64,000 nucleotides of DNA, taken from contig OZ024743.1 of NCBI GenBank assembly GCA_964016885.1, forward strand, positions 79,484,001 through 79,548,000, written 5' to 3'. The position numbers and the translations under genes are program-made. The notes below the pieces were generated by a model. That model was given only the letters and a program-made list of their open reading frames with translations, made no database searches and was not told the origin of the DNA. Below are positions 25,907 to 39,906 of the stretch, in pieces (positions within the stretch are counted from its first letter, which is position 1; the number at the start of each line of letters is the position of its first letter). This stretch comes from Eledone cirrhosa (lineage: Eukaryota).

Positions 25907-27681
25907 TCGGGGGTGCGCTTGTATGAGCATGTTTGCGCAAACATATATATATATATATATACAAAATAACACAAATATATATATATACAAAAACACACAC
26001 AAAAACAAGATGGCGTAGGACAGAACAAAGAAAAGAATCCCCAGTCACTGATTAGGTCACGGTATGTGTGACGAAAGAACTTTGACAATATATGAACAAT
26101 CGTCCGGTTGTGGAACCAACCAACCAACCAACCAACCAACCAACCAACCAACCAACCAACCAACCAACCAACCAACCAACCAACCGGAAATTTATAATTT
26201 TTTTTAAAATTTATAATTTTAATGATAATAAATTGGAGTGAAACAACTGGTGCGTGTGTTTCTTATTGGCAACATGACCCTGCCAAAGTATAACAATATA
26301 TATATACACATATAAGAAAATTATTTTTTTTTAATGAAAAAAACGAAATGTCTTAAATGAGTGAAAGTATAGGGAAAAGAAATCGAAAAATGCAACTGGA
26401 GTCTTTTAAAGAATATTTATTTGTTTCCTTTACCGGTTTCACAGTTCTTATGCTTTTCAAAAGTAGAATTGAGATGGAGGGTTTGTTGTTTTACTCGCAT
26501 CTGGTTGTTGTACCAATGTTACTTCTGTTTTATGTGGAAAAAAGTGGCTCGAATTACTAGGTTTATTTTAAAAAATAATTTGGTTGGTTGATGACTGTAA
26601 CGTGAATAAGTATAATAAATTTCGTGTCAGTTCGCGTTACAATGTACTTATTGTATTTACCTTTAAAAAAGTGACTCAAATTGTTGTTTTTTCATATATA
26701 AGTGAACTTTTGTTGGTTGATAACAGCCACGGGAATAAGCACATCAACTTTCGCGCCAGTTCGTGTTTGAGGGTTCATTATTGTCATTTTCACTTAAAAA
26801 AGTGGCTCAAAAATGTTGGTTTTTCATAAATGTAATGGTTATGACTGTCACGTGAATAAGTACATTAAATTTCGCGCCAGTTCGTATTTCGGGATTCTTT
26901 ATAGCCGTTTTCACAGTCACATGATTTGTCACAGAGGGTTTTATGCCAAATAAAAGATAATGGTCAAGAAAAGGGATGAGGAGAAATCGTTCTGGTTCAG
27001 TGAGTATGGCTGATGTGCTGAGGTGTCAAAATTCAGATTTTCTATTGAAATAAATTGAATGGTTGTATCGATAGTGGTGGTGGTGGTGACAGGGTAGAAA
27101 ACAGAGATATATAGATTTATTTGTGTGTAGGAAAATGATTCCATTAGTAGAAATGGAGAAGGGTGTTATGTGTGTGTGTATTGGTGTGTATATGTGTGTG
27201 TGTATGCGTGTGTGTGGGGGGTATGGTTAGCATGTTAGGGTATTAAAATATTAACGTATGTTAAAGTCTATTTACCCCTGGTCTTCTACTTTCGAATGTA
27301 GAAGTGGGTGTTATGTTTGTGTGTATGTATGTGGTTGTTTCGATGGTTAGCATGTTATGGTGTTCACATAGTGACGTATATTAAACTATATTTAATGCTG
27401 GTCTATATTTTGGAATAAACCTCTTTCCTTATTTATTCGTATTTGTTCTGTTGTATTGTCAGTGGAAAGATAAAGTGGGGAGACTTGGAATTTGGGTGTC
27501 TTATCACTTGCACATATGTCTAGATGTGCACTGAGTGGTATCTGCCTTGTGGTATGGTCTTGTAATTATATATAATAATTATATATAATAAAAAAAGAAT
27601 TTCGCTCTACATGGCTGAATACGCACACACACAACACACACTCACACACACACATACACTCACACACATACACACACATAC

Positions 27682-27730
<49 letters not shown>

Positions 27731-27731
<1 letters not shown>

Positions 27732-28863
27732 CGGGGGTAGCCATGGGCACAAGAATGGGCCCAAACTATGCCAACCTTTTTGTTGGCCATGTTGAGGCCC
27801 AAATCTTTGCCCAGTACACCGGCCCCACGCCCGAACTTTACGGTCGTTACATCGACGACTGTATCGGAGCCACGACCCTCACCCGAGAACAGCTCGACTC
27901 CTTTCTCTCCTTCTTCTGCTCCTTCCACCCCTCTCTCCACTTCACCACCTCTATCTCCACCACCCACGTCCACTTCTTAGACATCTCCGTCGCTTTCGAC
28001 CCCTCCCAATACTCCCTCGTCATCTCCGCCTTTTTCAAACCCACCGACGACTTCACCTCTTCCCAACCTGCACACACACGTACTCTATTCCCTACTCCCA
28101 ACTCCTCAGGATCCGCCGCCTCTGCAGCCGAGATGCTGACTTTGAGTCCCAGGCCCTTTTCCTAGTCAGCCATTTCATCCGCAGAGGTTACGCCCCCTCT
28201 CTCGTCCACACCGCTCTCACTCGCGCCCGTGCTGTCCACCGCTCCACCACCCTCACCCCACGCCACCGCACACCCACCCATGTCTCCCCTTACCCATCAC
28301 CTACCACACCTCCACCCTACCCCTCCACCGCACCATCCCCCGCCTCTTCCTCCGCCTCCAGTCCGACGCCTCCACCTCCCACATCTATCCCCACTCCCTT
28401 ACTTCAAACGCGCACGCAATCTCCGCACCCTCCTCGTCCGCAGCTCCCTACCCCCCAACCCACGCCCCCCGGTTCCCTTCCCTGTTCCAGGCCTCGTTGC
28501 AACACCTGTCCCCACATCACCAACACCACCACCTTCCAGGGTCCCAACGACCACTCTCTCTCTGTCCAGCACGCCTTCCGCTGCACCTTTTCCAACCTAG
28601 TCTATGGACTTCGCTGCATGGAGTGCAGCGCAACCTACGTCGGACAGACTGGACGTCGCCTGGCGGTCCGTTTCACCGAACACCTCCGGGATATTCGTCT
28701 CGGCGGTAGTTCCCCCATCACCCGCCACTTTGGCTCCTCTGGACATTCCGCGCACCACATCACAGTCTGTGGCCTACTCCAATGCCACGGAACACCCGCT
28801 ACCCTCCTCAGGGTCGAACAACGCACCATCTTCACCCTACAGACCCACACTCCCCCGGCCTGA
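27731..28863 (+). pseudogene. PLE reverse transcriptase + GIY-YIG endonuclease, frameshifted
   Basis: GVAMGTRMGPNYANLFVG..YGRYIDD..HFLDI (RT), then RPRCNTC linker and LVYGLRCMECSATYVGQTGRRLAVRFTEH (GIY-YIG), spread over several frames. Confidence 0.9.
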
Positions 28864-30353
28864 ACTACCCACCCCTATTCCTTTAGCCTTCGACCGCCCT
28901 GTCCCCCCCACACACATATCCCCCACTAACACCACTAACACACTCCTCCTTTTCACCGCCCATCCCACAACAAACAATACTAACACCCCTACCCCACCAC
29001 CGACCACCCTTCCCTAACTAACAATACTAACATCCTTTCTTTTCCCACGCTCCCCTTATCACGCACACACCCACCGGTACATATATACACGCACTCACAC
29101 TAACCACACACCCTACTACCACCACTAACCCTCAACCACACATCGACTCCCACCACCCCACAACTAATACCACTAACACCCCCGACCCCACGCACACGAA
29201 CACACACACCCACTTACACCACCCACTCTACACACCCTACCACCACTGACCCCCACTAACACCCGCATTCAACCCTTTCCCCACCACCAGTATACTAACA
29301 CCCACTAACACCTCCTTCACCACACACACACTCATCCAAACACGCACACACACACCAGTACACTACCCCCTCCCCCCACACCTTTCTCTCCTCCTCCTCT
29401 CCCCGCTCCACCCACACCCCTTCTCACACACACACACATCCCACTAACACCTCTACTAATACCCCCCACTCCACCTTTCACACCTACCCATCCTCTCCCC
29501 TGTCCACCGCACCTCCAAACACACTGACACACCGACTTGCTCCACCTGCCATTCTCCCCTACTGCTGCTATGCCCTGAATCTCTGACCACCTCTCAGCAC
29601 ACACAGACACAAAACCCTCCTCCTGCCTTGACCCTCTGACCACTTCCTGTTGCGCGCGCACCCTACATCTCGCCTCTTCCGACCAAACCAACCACGGATT
29701 ACACACATTAGACATCGCTCCCACGAATCAACTCCATCACAAGGAAATTATCCGGCATCCTACCACATCCTCTAAGGAACTACCTTAGGAACTTACCCAC
29801 GGACATACACTCACAAAATATTTGTTTCCCACACGCCACCTACATCCACAATACGTATAAACACCACACACACGTGCGAACCACCACATATTTACACACT
29901 CGCCTCCGGAATCATCTCCCCCCTACCCCACCCCTCCGACCCCTCCCCATCCACACACGCACACACACATCGACCTACACCCCACCCCACACGCACACAC
30001 ACACACCGACCTACACCCCACCCCACACACACCTTTTCCTGAACATGCAACCCCGTTCTTCCTCCAACTCTCACATTCACATACACACACACACACAACA
30101 CGTACACATACACACACACACCACCTTCAGCCCTCCCCGCTCGGACACCCCTCCTCCCTCTCCCCACTCCAGCCGCCACCACTCCTACACGCCCCACACC
30201 CTTCCACCACTTGTTTAACTTCATGTTTATTTTTATTTTTATTATGCTTTTATATTTATTTTCATTTGTACCGTTTGCTCTCACCCCCTTTTTTATAAAT
30301 GTCTCTCCCCCACTCCCCTACACACCCGTGGAACTCTCTTCCCACACACTTTT

Positions 30354-30386
30354 CGCCTGAAGAAGGGCTTATGCCCGAAACCTCGT
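30354..30386 (+). ncRNA. Minimal hammerhead motif of the PLE 3' end
   Basis: CTGAAGA A GGGC TTAT GCCC GAAA CCTC; stems I and III are weak. Confidence 0.65.
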
Positions 30387-30471
30387 TCCCCACCACCACC
30401 CCACTCTCAAGAGCGTGAAACTAATAAACCTTTGTTCGTACTGCCTCTCTGTTTTGTTCCCGTTCAATTTT

Positions 30472-30540
<69 letters not shown>

Positions 30541-30655
30541 GTGTGTGTGTGTGTGTGTGTTATTAATTCACCGGGAAATACGCATATTTGACAAGTTTAC
30601 ATATTACTATATATATTGTGTAAATTTATATACACACCACACATACTTCGTTTAG

Positions 30656-30690
<35 letters not shown>

Positions 30691-31079
30691 ATATATAGAG
30701 AGGGGGGAGAAAGAGGGTGAGAGGTAGAAATAGAGAGAGAGAGAGAGAGGGGGGGGGGAGTAAGAGTGGTGTGTGAGAGAGAAGTATATCAATAAAGGGA
30801 ACGATAAGAGAAATAGAGAGAGAGAGAGAGGAGGAGTGAGAGGGACAGGGAGAGAGGCGGGGGTGAGGGATAAGTTTATATATAGAGAGGGAAAGACAAG
30901 AGAAATAGAGAGAGAGCGAAGCTATCTATCATAGAGAATGTCTCCGACATGACACTTGTGTAAGAGATTAACTTCTCAGACGGATTAGTGTTTATTTATT
31001 GCTAAGTATATTAAATCAGTGTTATTTGTGACAGTAGCTGAGGCGGTAGAGCGCCACAGTAATAACAATAGGCTACCAA

Positions 31080-32300
31080 GTGGCTGAAACGGTAGAACGT
31101 CAGACAGAATGGTTAGAAAGTCAGATAGAATGGTTAGAACGTCAGATAGAATGGTTAGAACATCAGATAGAAAGGTTAGAACTTCAGACAGAATGGTTAG
31201 AACGTCGGATAGAATGGTTAGAACGTCAGATAGAATGGTTAGAACGTCAGATAGAATGGATGGTTAGAACGTCAGATAGAATGGTTAGATAGAATGGTTA
31301 GAACGTCAGATAGAATGGTTAGAACGTCATGTAGAATGGATGGTTAGAACGTCAGATAGAATGGTTAGAACGTCGGATAGAATGGTAGAACGTCTGATAG
31401 AATGGTTAGAACGTCAGATAGAATGGTTAGAACGTCAGACAGAATGGTTAGAACGTCGGATAGAATGGTTAGAATGTCAGATAGAATGGTTAGAACGTCA
31501 GATAGAATGGATGGTTAGAACGTCAGATAGAATGGTTAAAACGTCAGATAGATTCGTTAGAACGTCAGGTAGAATGGTAAGAACGTCAGATAGAATGGTT
31601 AGAACGTCAGATAGAGTCGTTAGAACGTCAGATAGAATGGTTAAAACGTCAGATAGAATGGTTAGAACGTCAGACTGAATGGTTAGAACGTCAGATAGAA
31701 TGGATGGTTAGAACGTCAGATAGAATGGTTAGAACGTCGGATAGAATGGTTAGAACGTCAGATAGAATGGATGGTTAGAACGTCAGATAGAATGGTTAGA
31801 ACGTCAGATAGAATGGTTAGAACGTCAGACTGAATGGTTAGAACGTCAGATAGAATGGATGGTTAGAACGTCAGATAGAATGGTTAGAACGTCAGATAGA
31901 ATGGTTAGAACGTCAGATAGAATGGTTAGAACGTCAGACTGAATGGTTAGAACGTCAGATAGAATGGATGGTTAGAACGTCAGATAGAATGGTTAGAACG
32001 TCAGATAGAAAGTTAGAACGTCAGATAGAATGGTTAGAACGTCAGATAGAATGGTTAGAACGTCGGATAGAATGGTTAGAACGTCAGATAGAATGGTTAG
32101 AACGTCAGATAGAATGGTTAGAACGTCAGACTGAATGGTTAGAACGTCAGATAGAATGGATGGTTAGAACGTCAGATAGAATGGTTAGAACGTCGGATAG
32201 AATGGTTAGAACGTCAGATAGAGGATCGTTAGAACGTCAAGTAGAATGGTTAGAACGTCTGATAGAATGGATGGTTAGAACGTCAGATAGAATGGTTAGA
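31080..32300 (+). repeat. 21-bp minisatellite (with 25-bp variants), SINE-head-like
   Basis: Unit GAATGGTTAGAACGTCAGATA, roughly 55 copies. Confidence 0.95.
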
Positions 32301-35300
32301 ACTATCTCTCCCACTTCCTTTCTATCACCCTCACTATCTCTCTCACTTCCTTTCTATCACCCTCTCTATCTCTCCCACTTCCTTTCTATCACCCTCACTA
32401 TCTCTCCCACTTCCTTTCTATCACCCTCACTATCTCTCCCACTTCCTTTCTATCACCCTCACTATCTCTCCCACTTCCTTTCTATCACCCTCTCTATCTC
32501 TCCCACTTCCTTTCTATCACCCTCTCTATCTCTCCCACTTCCTTTCTATCACCCCCACTATCTCTCTCACATCCTTTCTATCACCCTCACTATCTCTCTC
32601 ACATCCTTTCTATCACCCTCTCTATCTCTCTCACATCCTTTCTATCACCCTCACTATCTCTCTCACATCCTTTCTATCACCCTCTCTATCTCTCTCACAT
32701 CCTTTCTATCACCCTCACTATCTCTCCCACTTCCTTTCTATCACCCTCTCTATCTCTCTCACATCCTTTCTATCACCCTCTCTATCTCTCCCACTTCCTT
32801 TCTATCACCCTCACTATCTTCTTCACATCCTTTCTATCACCCTCACTATCTCCCCCACTTCCTTTCTATCACCCTCTCTATCTCTCCCTCTTCCTTTCTA
32901 TCACCCTCACTATCTTTCTCACATCCTTTCTATCACCCTCTCTATCTCTCCCACTTCCTTTCTATCACCCTCTCTATCTCTCCCACTTCCTTTCTATCAC
33001 CCTCTCTATCTCTCCCACTTCCTTTCTATCACCCTCACTATCTTTCTCACATCCTTTCTATCACCCTCTCTATCTCTCCCACTTCCTTTCTATCACCCTC
33101 TCTATCTCTCCCACTTCCTTTCTATCACCCCCACTATCTCTCCCACTTCCTTTCTATCACCCTCTCTATCTCTCCCACTTCCTTTCTATCACCCTCTCTA
33201 TCTCTCCCACTTCCTTTCTATCACCCTCACTATCTTTTTCACTTCCTTTCTATCACCCTCTCTATCTCTCTCACAACCTTTCTATCACCCTCACTATCTC
33301 TCCCACAACCTTTCTATCACCCTCTCTATCTCTCCCACTTCCTTCCTATCACCCCCACTATCTCTCCCACTTCCTTTCTATCACCCTCTCTATCTCTCCC
33401 ACTTCCTTTCTATCACCCTCTCTATCTCTCCCACTTCCTTTCTATCACCCTCACTATCTTTTTCACTTCCTTTCTATCACCCTCTCTATCTCTCCCACTT
33501 CCTTTCTATCACCCTCTCTATCTCTCCCAATTCCTTTCTATCACCCTCACTATCTCTCTCACTTCCTTTCTATCACCCTCGCTATCTCTCCCACTTCCTT
33601 TCTATCACCCTCTCTATCTCTCCCACTTCCTTTCTATCACCCTCACTATCTTTTTCACTTCCATTCTATCACCCTCTCTATCTCTCCCACTTCCTTTCTA
33701 TCACCCTCACTATCTTTTTCACTTCCTTTCTATCACCCCTCTATCTCTCCCACTTCCTTTCTATCACCCTCACTATCTTTTTCACTTCCTTTCTATCACC
33801 CTCTCTATCTCTCTCACAACCTTTCTATCACCCTCTCTATCTCTCCTACGACCTTTCTATCACCCTCTCTATCTCTCCCACTTCCCTTCTATCACCCTCT
33901 CTATCTCTCCCACTTCCTTTCTATCACCCTCTCTATCTCTCCCACTTCCTTTCTATCACCCTCACTATCTTTTTCACTTCCCTTCTATCACCCTCTCTAT
34001 CTCTCCCACTTCCTTTCTATCACCCTCTCTATCTCTCCCACTTCCTTTCTATCACCCTCACTATCTTTTTCACTTCCCTTCTATTACCCTCTCTATCTCT
34101 CCCATTCCTTTCTATCACCCTCTCTATCTCTCCCACTTCCTTTCTATCACCCTCTCTATCTCTCCCATTCCTTTCTATCACCCTCTCTATCTCTCCCATT
34201 CCTTTCTATCACCCTCTCTATCTTTCTCACATCCTTTCTATCACCCTCACTATCTCTCTCACTTCCTTTCTATCACCCTCTCTATCTCTCCCACTTCCTT
34301 TCTATCACCCTCACTATCTCTCCCACTTCCTTTCTATCAACCTCTCTATCTCTCTCACATCCTTTCTATCACCCTCTCTATCTCTCCCACTTACTTTCTA
34401 TCACCCTCACTATCTTCTTCACATCCTTTCTATCACCCTCACTATCTCCCCCACTTCCTTTCTATCACCCTCTCTATCTCTCCCTTTTCCTTTCTATCAC
34501 CCTCTATATCTCTCCCACTTCCTTTCTATCACCCTCTCTATCTCTCCCAATTCCTTTCTATCACCCTCACTATCTCTCTCACTTCCTTTCTATCACCCTC
34601 GCTATCTCTCCCACTTCCTTTCTATCACCCTCTCTATCTCTCCCACTTCCTTTCTATCACCCTCACTATCTTTTTCACTTCCTTTCTATCACCCTCTCTA
34701 TCTCTCCCACTTCCTTTCTATCACCCTCTCTATCTCTCCCAGTTGCTTTCTATCACCCTCTCTATCTCTCCCACTTCCTTTCTATCACCCTCTCTATCTC
34801 TCCCACTTCCTTTCTATCACCCTCTCTATCTCTCCCAGTTGCTTTCTATCACCCTCTCTATCTCTCCCACTTCCTTTCTATCACCCTCGCTATCTCTCCC
34901 ACTTCCTTTCTATCACCCTCTCTATCTCTCCCACTTCCTTTCTATCACCCTCTCTATCTCTCCCACTTCCTTTCTATCACCCTCACTATCTTTTTCACTT
35001 CCTTTCTATCACCCTCTCTATCTCTCCCACTTCCTTTCTATGACCATCTCTATCTCTCCCACGACCTTTCTATCACCCTCTCTATCTCTCTCACTTCTTT
35101 TCTATCACCCTCTCTATCTCTCCCACTTCCTTTCTATCACCCTCTCTATCTCTCCCACTTCCTTTCTATCACCCTCTCTATCTCTCCCACTTCCTTTCTA
35201 TCACCCTCTCTATCTCTCCCGCTTCCTTTCTATCACCCTCTCTATCTCTCTCACTTCTTTTCTATCACCCTCTCTATCTCTCCCACTTCCTTTCTATCAC

Positions 35301-37958
35301 CCTCTCTATCTCTCCCACTTCCTTTCTATCACCCTCTCTATCTCTCCCACTTCCTTTCTATCACCCTCTCTATCTCTCCCGCTTCCTTTCTATCACCCTC
35401 TCTATCTCTCTCACTTCTTTTCTATCACCCTCTCTATCTCTCCCACTTCCTTTCTATCACCCTCACTATCTTTTTCACTTCCTTTCTATCACCCTCTCTA
35501 TCTCTCCCACTTCCTTTCTATCACCCTCTCTATCTCTCCCAATTCCTTTCTATCACCCTCACTATCTCTCTCACTTCCTTTCTATCACCCTCGCTATCTC
35601 TCCCACTTCCTTTCTATCACCCTCTCTATCTCTCCCACTTCCTTTCTATCACCCTCACTATCTTTTTCACTTCCATTCTATCACCCTCTCTATCTCTCCC
35701 ACTTCCTTTCTATCACCCTCACTATCTTTTTCACTTCCTTTCTATCACCCCTCTATCTCTCCCACTTCCTTTCTATCACCCTCACTATCTTTTTCACTTC
35801 CTTTCTATCACCCTCTCTATCTCTCTCACAACCTTTCTATCACCCTCTCTATCTCTCCTACGACCTTTCTATCACCCTCTCTATCTCTCCCACTTCCTTT
35901 CTATCACCCTCTCTATCTCTCCCACTTCCTTTCTATCACCCTCTCTATCTCTCCCACTTCCTTTCTATCACCCTCACTATCTTTTTCACTTCCCTTCTAT
36001 CACCCTCTCTATCTCTCCCACTTCCTTTCTATCACCCTCTCTATCTCTCCCACTTCCTTTCTATCACCCTCACTATCTTTTTCACTTCCCTTCTATTACC
36101 CTCTCTATCTCTCCCACTTCCTTTCTATCACCCTCTCTATCTCTCCCACTTCCTTTCTATCACCCTCTCTATCTCTCCCATTCCTTTCTATCACCCTCTC
36201 TATCTCTCCCACTTCCTTTCTATCACCCGCGCTATCTCTCCCACTTCCTTTCTATCACCCTCTCTATCTCTCCCACTTCCTTTCTATCACCCTCACTATC
36301 TTTTTCACTTCCATTCTATCACCCTCTCTATCTCTCCCACTTCCTTTCTATCACCCTCACTATCTTTTTCACTTCCTTTCTATCACCCCTCTATCTCTCC
36401 CACTTCCTTTCTATCACCCTCACTATCTTTTTCACTTCCTTTCTATCACCCTCTCTATCTCTCCCACTTCCTTTCTATGACCATCTCTATCTCTCCCACG
36501 ACCTTTCTATCACCCTCTCTATCTCTCTCACTTCTTTTCTATCACCCTCTCTATCTCTCCCACTTCCTTTCTATCACCCTCTCTATCTCTCCCACTTCCT
36601 TTCTATCACCCTCTCTATCTCTCCCACTTCCTTTCTATCACCCTCTCTATCTCTCCCGCTTCCTTTCTATCACCCTCTCTATCTCTCTCACTTCTTTTCT
36701 ATCACCCTCTCTATCTCTCCCACTTCCTTTCTATGACCATCTCTATCTCTCCCACCTCCTTTCTATCACCCTCTATATCTCTCCCACTTCCTTTCTATCA
36801 CCCTCTCTATCTCTCTCACTTCCTCTCTATCACCCTCTCTATCTCTCTCACTTCCTTTCTATCACCCTCTCTATCTCTCTCACTTCCTTTCTATCACCCT
36901 CTCTATCTCTCCCACTTCCTTTCTATCACCCACTCTATCTCTCTCACTTCCTTTCTATCACCCTCTCTATCTCTCCCACTTCCTTTCTATCACCCACTCT
37001 ATCTCTCTCACTTCCTTTCTATCACCCTCTCTATCTCTCCCACTTCCTTTCTATCACCCACTCTATCTCTCCCACTTCCTTTCTATCACCCTCTCTATCT
37101 CTCCCACTTCCTTTCTATCACTCTCTCTATCTCTCCCACTTCCTTTCTATCACTCTCTCTATCTCTACCACTTCCATTCTATCACCCTCTCTATCTCTCC
37201 CACTTCCTTTCTATCACCCTCTCTATCTCTCCCACTTCCTTTCTATCACCCTCTCTATCTCTCCCACTTCCTTTCTATCACCCTCTCTATCTCTCCCACT
37301 TCCTTTCTATCACCCTCTCTATCTCTCCCACTTCCTTTCTATCACCCTCTCTATCTCTCCCGCTTCCTTTCTATCACCCTCTCTATCTCTCTCACTTCTT
37401 TTCTATCACCCTCTCTATCTCTCCCACTTCCTTTCTATGACCATCTCTATCTCTCCCACTTCCTTTCTATCACCCTCTATATCTCTCCCACTTCCTTTCT
37501 ATCACCCTCTCTATCTCTCTCACTTCCTCTCTATCACCCTCTCTATCTCTCTCACTTCCTTTCTATCACCCTCTCTATCTCTCTCACTTCCTTTCTATCA
37601 CCCTCTCTATCTCTCCCACTTCCTTTCTATCACCCACTCTATCTCTCTCACTTCCTTTCTATCACCCTCTCTATCTCTCCCACTTCCTTTCTATCACCCA
37701 CTCTATCTCTCTCACTTCCTTTCTATCACCCTCTCTATCTCTCCCACTTCCTTTCTATCACCCACTCTATCTCTCCCACTTCCTTTCTATCACCCTCTCT
37801 ATCTCTCCCACTTCCTTTCTATCACTCTCTCTATCTCTCCCACTTCCTTTCTATCACTCTCTCTATCTCTACCACTTCCATTCTATCACCCTCTCTATCT
37901 CTCCCACTTCCTTTCTATCACCCTCTCTATCTCTCCCACTTCCTTTCTATCACCCTCT
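32301..37958. repeat. 32-bp pyrimidine-rich satellite, ~5.6 kb
   Basis: Unit CTATCTCTCCCACTTCCTTTCTATCACCCTCT, roughly 175 copies. Source of the spurious 2028-aa ORF. Confidence 0.97.
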
Positions 37959-38275
37959 CTCTCTCTCTCTCTCTCCCTCTCTTTCTCTGTAAGTAATCTG
38001 CTGTATTTAGACCTGGAGAGGAGTTGGGCTCCACCAGGTTTAAAACTGCCCTAGAAACGCCGTATATCAATATGGCGGCCGTACGACTCCATCACGAGTT
38101 ACTGGACCTTACATATACATTACTTTATATACCATCATATTTCATTATATACACTAACATTACTATGCACTGGGTAATTGCTGGCCTTGTGCCTAAAGTA
38201 GAAACAATTACTATATATACCATCACATTTTATTATATACACGAACATCACTACATATACCATCACATTACATTC

Positions 38276-38460
38276 GGTGGATTGGCAGTATCAGTAGAAG
38301 GACGATGCTATGCTTTGCAGCACAGTTACATCCCTTTACGGACTGAGTTTAAATCCCGCCGAGGTTAACTTTGCCTTTCATCCTTACGGGGTCGATAAAA
38401 TAAAGTACCAGTAATGAACTGGGATAATTTCTGGCCTTGTGCCAAAAGGAGAAACAATTA
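38276..38460 (+). mobile_element. tRNA-derived Nin-like SINE
   Basis: Same family as 11692-11875; B box GAGTTTAAATCCC and core CCTTTCATCCTTACGGGGTCGATAAA. Confidence 0.85.
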
Positions 38461-39720
38461 TATACACTAACGTTACATTATATACGCTAATATTACATTA
38501 TATACTCTAACATTACATTATATACCATAGCATCACATTATATACACTAACATTACATTATATACACTAACATTACATTATATAGCCTAACATTACATTG
38601 TATACCCTAACATTACATTATATACCATCACGTTTCATTATATACACAAACTTTACATTATATACCATCACATTACATTATATACACTAACATTAGATTA
38701 TATACCATTACATTTTATTATATAAACTAACATGACATTATATACACTAACATTACATTATATACATTAACATTACGTTATACACCCTAACGTTACATTA
38801 TATAGCCTAATGTTACATTATATATCCTAACGTTACATTATATACGCTAACGTTTAGCATATACCATAACGTTACATTATACACCCTAATATTTCATTAT
38901 ATACCCTAACGTTACATTGTATACCATCACATTTCATTATATACACTAACATTACATTATATACCCTAACATTACATTGTATACCCCAATGTTACATTAT
39001 ATACCATCACATTTTATTATATACACTAACATTACATTATATACCATCACATTACATTATATGTACTATCATTTCCTTATATACCATCACATTTCATTAT
39101 ATACACTAACATTAGATTATATACCATTACATTTTATTATATAAACTAACATGACATTATATACACTAACATTACATTATATACATTAACATTTCATTAT
39201 ATACACAAACATTACATTATATACCATCACATTTCATTATATACCCTAACATTACATTATATACCCTAACATTACATTATATACTCTAACGTTACATTAT
39301 ATACCATCACATTTCATTATATACAACATACATTACATTATATACACTAACATTACATTATACACCCTAACATTACATTATATACCCTAACTTTATAGCA
39401 TATACCATAACGTTACATTATACACCCTAATATTTCATTATATACACAAACATTACATTATATACCATCACATTTCATTATATACCCTAACATTACATTA
39501 TATACCCTAACATTACATTATATACTCTAACGTTACATTATATACCATCACATTTCATTATATACAACATACATTACATTATATACACTAACATTACATT
39601 ATACACCCTAACATGACATTATATACCCTAACTTTATAGCATATACCATAACGTTACATTATACACCCTAATATTTCATTATATACACTAACATTACATT
39701 ATATACCATCACATTTCATT

Positions 39721-39906
39721 GTGGATTGGTAGTATTAGTAGAGGGTCGGACGACATGCTTTGACGCTTAGAGTTACGGCCCTTGCCATTCTGAGTTCAAA
39801 TCCCGCCGAGGTTAACATTGCCTTTCATCCTTACGGGGTCGATAAAATAAAGTACCAGTAATGAACTGGGTATTTACTGGCCTTGTGCCAAAAGTAGAAA
39901 CAATTA
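39721..39906 (+). mobile_element. tRNA-derived Nin-like SINE
   Basis: Same family, embedded in the 20-bp satellite. Confidence 0.85.

Larger units (their letters stand above)
27730..30476 (+). mobile_element. 5'-truncated Penelope-like retroelement (Neptune-like), between (TA)n tracts
   Basis: RT and GIY-YIG remnants, a long C/A-rich 3' UTR, HHR at 30357 and AATAAA at 30423. Confidence 0.9.

Noticed and set aside
31080-31678. Heptad coiled-coil-like ORFs (WLERQIE)n
   Set aside because: They come from a 21-bp repeat with frequent 4-bp insertions that break the frame.
31968-38054. 2028-aa ORF
   Set aside because: It is a translation of a stop-free 32-bp satellite; the 32-aa period equals three units cycling through the frames.
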